A stretch of DNA of 64,000 nucleotides from an uncultured Acidobacteriota bacterium (GTDB lineage: Bacteria; Acidobacteriota; UBA6911): assembly GCA_963809485.1 (NCBI GenBank), contig CAWEJX010000007.1:448001-512000 (forward strand). The letters run 5' to 3'. Under the pieces are notes generated by a model. The model was not told where the DNA came from. It saw only the letters and a program-made list of their open reading frames with translations, and did no database searches. Position numbers and translations under genes: made by a program. Below, in pieces: positions 61,805 to 64,000 of the stretch (position 1 is its first letter; every line of letters starts with the position of its first letter).

Positions 61805-62038
61805 TACATTGGTAAACCTCCGGCTCTGCCGGGGGACTCAAAGAGTTTGACAGCTCCGTATTTTTAAACGCTGAGAAACGCTGATAAAAGCGCTGACAAA
61901 CGCCGATTTGTTCGGGGATCGGAAGCGCCTCATCGGCTTTTGCCCGCGTAAGTCAGCGTTCAAGACCGGCGTAACTCCTCGAACCGCTTTGAGCGGTTCA
62001 AATCTTTCAAGCCTCCGGCAAAGCCGGAGGTATCTGAC
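61805..62038 (+). mobile_element. Non-autonomous IS200/IS605-type element, copy 4
   Basis: TAAT 61801-61804, TGAC 62035-62038; right hairpin loop is AAA instead of TTT. Confidence 0.85.
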
Positions 62039-62060
62039 TTGTGAAATCCGTGGCGCAGCT

Positions 62061-63107
62061 CTATTCCGGCTCACGGCCCGCGAGCATGCCGCAGGCAGCC
62101 GAAATGTCGTTGCCTCGCGGGCGGCGGATGCTGACGGTGATATGGTGACCGGCCAGGATTTTTTCAAAAGCCAGCACGCGTTCCGGGCCGGGGGGATTCA
62201 CTGGAATCGTGGGGCCGGCATTGAGAGGGATAAGGTTGACCTTTTTCTTAAGGCCCTGGAGCAGGCGCGCCAGCCGGTGAGCATCCTCCGGCGAATCATT
62301 GATCCCGTCCATAAGGACATATTCGAACGTAATGCGCCTCCGCTGCTCCACAGGGAAGGAGCGGCAGGCGTCCAGCAGTGCTTCGATGTTCCACCTTTTG
62401 TTGGTGGGAACCAGCAGATCCCGCACAGCATCGGTGGTCGCATTGAGAGAAATGGCAAGGTTGGGGATGACCGGCTCCTGGGCAAGCCTTTTGATGCCGG
62501 GGACAACGCCTGACGTGGAGAGCGTCACGCGCCGGGGGGAGATCGACATTCCCCGGTCGTCGGTCATCAGGCGTACGGCTCTCATGACACTTTCATAGTT
62601 GTGCATTGGCTCGCCCATACCCATAATCACGACATTCAGGCGCTTGGAAACCGAACCCCGGTCGGCTTGCAGCGACAGCACCTGGCCGGCGATCTCTCCC
62701 GCAGACAAATTTCGTATCATGGGCAATTTGCCGGTGGCGCAGAACAGGCATCCGACAGCACAGCCGACCTGGGTCGAGATGCACAAAGTGTCTCGGCGCT
62801 CTTCCGGTATGAATACAGCTTCGACTTTTTGCCCTGGAGCCGGCTCAAACAGGTAGCGCCGGGTCCCATCGGAAGAAACAAAAACCCAGCGGACGGGCAT
62901 GTACTCGATGACAAACCGTTCTTTGAGCTTTTCGCGAAATTGCTTTCCGAGATCGGTGAACTGGTCCCAGGAACGGAGAAGGCGCCGGTAAATTCCCGCA
63001 TAAATCTGGTGCGCGCGGTATGCACTCTCGCCCATTTCCCGGACCCCCGCCTCGATTCCTTCCAGGGTCGCGCCGACCAGATTTGTGGTTCCCATTCTTC
63101 CCATCAT
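62061..63107 (-). CDS. rlmN: 23S rRNA m2A2503 / tRNA methyltransferase
   Basis: CISTQVGCAVGCLFC, MGMGEP, STSG, AACGML; start at 63107 or 63095. Confidence 0.96.
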   Translation of the reverse strand: MMGRMGTTNLVGATLEGIEAGVREMGESAYRAHQIYAGIYRRLLRSWDQFTDLGKQFREKLKERFVIEYMPVRWVFVSSDGTRRYLFEPAPGQKVEAVFIPEERRDTLCISTQVGCAVGCLFCATGKLPMIRNLSAGEIAGQVLSLQADRGSVSKRLNVVIMGMGEPMHNYESVMRAVRLMTDDRGMSISPRRVTLSTSGVVPGIKRLAQEPVIPNLAISLNATTDAVRDLLVPTNKRWNIEALLDACRSFPVEQRRRITFEYVLMDGINDSPEDAHRLARLLQGLKKKVNLIPLNAGPTIPVNPPGPERVLAFEKILAGHHITVSIRRPRGNDISAACGMLAGREPE

Positions 63108-63256
63108 TCCTTGTTCATGCAACAATACCATTTTCCCCGCAATGCCCTCGAGTTTTTGAGCCATAATCGGGGACAGGGTGATTTTGGCCCTTTCGGGCCG
63201 GGGTCGCGGTGTGGTAGTAATACGGCGGAGGAAGTCCTCTGAATCCCAAAACCTGC

Positions 63257-64000
63257 ATGGATGTGCGTAAAAGGGTGATGAAAAACGGCCTCACCGTCGC
63301 CTCGGAGGTCATGCCCCATCTGCGCTCCGTGTCGCTTGGCGTCTGGGTGAAATGCGGTTCGCGATTCGAAAGGGACGGGAAGGCCGGCATCTCGCATTTT
63401 ATCGAGCACCTGCTTTTCAAAGGCACACGGAAACGCTCAGCTGCTGAAATCGCGGAAGCGATTGATTCCGTTGGCGGCCAGCTCGATGCTTTTACGGAAA
63501 AGGAGTATGTCGGGTATTATGCCAAAGTGCTTGACGAGCACCTTCCGTTTGCCTTCGATCTGCTTTCAGACATCGTTTTGAATCCGACATTCCCCGCCGC
63601 CGAAATGCAGCGCGAGCGCCGGGTGATTTTCGAAGAAATCAATATGGTCGAGGACTCTCCCCAGGATTTGATCCTGGACATGTATCAGCAGAATTTCTGG
63701 AAGGGACATCCCCTGGGCCGGCCCATATCGGGGACCAAACAGTCGGTCGGAAGAATAGGCCGGCGCGACGTAAGGGAGTTTTTCCGGGGCAACTACAACG
63801 CCAGCAACATGGTTATTGCGGTTGCGGGCAGCATTCGGCATCGGGAAGTTGCCGAACTGGCCGAACGCTATTTTTCATCCCTGGAGGCGGGCGTGGCTGC
63901 CGATCCCGGTCCGCCGCCAATTGCCCGTTCCGGCCGGGTCGTGCGCCGGAAGAGCAACCTGGAACAGACTCATATCTGCCTGGGAACCGTTTCGCCCGCG
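63257..64000 (+). CDS. M16 (pitrilysin-family) peptidase, partial
   Basis: MDVRKRVMKNGLTV...GSRFE...GISHFIEHLLFKGT (HxxEH); runs off window. Confidence 0.92.
   Translation, partial: MDVRKRVMKNGLTVASEVMPHLRSVSLGVWVKCGSRFERDGKAGISHFIEHLLFKGTRKRSAAEIAEAIDSVGGQLDAFTEKEYVGYYAKVLDEHLPFAFDLLSDIVLNPTFPAAEMQRERRVIFEEINMVEDSPQDLILDMYQQNFWKGHPLGRPISGTKQSVGRIGRRDVREFFRGNYNASNMVIAVAGSIRHREVAELAERYFSSLEAGVAADPGPPPIARSGRVVRRKSNLEQTHICLGTVSPA

Noticed and set aside
35358-62038. CRISPR array or ncRNA gene interpretation of the four repeats
   Set aside because: Copies are dispersed with no repeat-spacer periodicity and no cas genes; the ends fit IS200/IS605 rules.

Overview
GC-rich bacterial chromosomal window that contains the replication origin. 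The host is most likely an Acidobacteriota member, inferred from the DnaA domain-IV motif GGKHHTTV, acidobacterial-type kinase relics and the DUF4097/DUF5668 cluster. Core content: a Mg-chelatase-like ChlI/D gene, rpsA-sppA-ihf-HIT, a bipartite oriC around dnaA, dnaN-recF-gyrB-gyrA-rpsU, nucleoside salvage genes, ispG, aspS, two ECF sigma/anti-sigma loci, nrdR-thiL-rnc, serS, galU-purD-purE-mtaB, a compatible-solute (glucosylglycerate-type) cluster with a two-component system and sugar ABC importer, acpS, pgeF, rlmN and a partial M16 peptidase. The main unexplained structure is intergenic. Four copies of a 227-253 bp non-coding element have IS200/IS605-type hairpin ends whose guide and cleavage tetranucleotides fit the TnpA(Y1) pairing rule (TAAA/TAAT and CAAG/TGAC). 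Each carries a 10-nt-periodic palindromic cargo that also occurs on its own elsewhere. Several other periodic palindromes and short gene relics are present (kinase, carboxylesterase, RAYT-like, antitoxin, IS1634), some bounded by simple repeats. No CRISPR array, rRNA or tRNA was recognised. All protein calls come from motif recognition by eye, not database searches.
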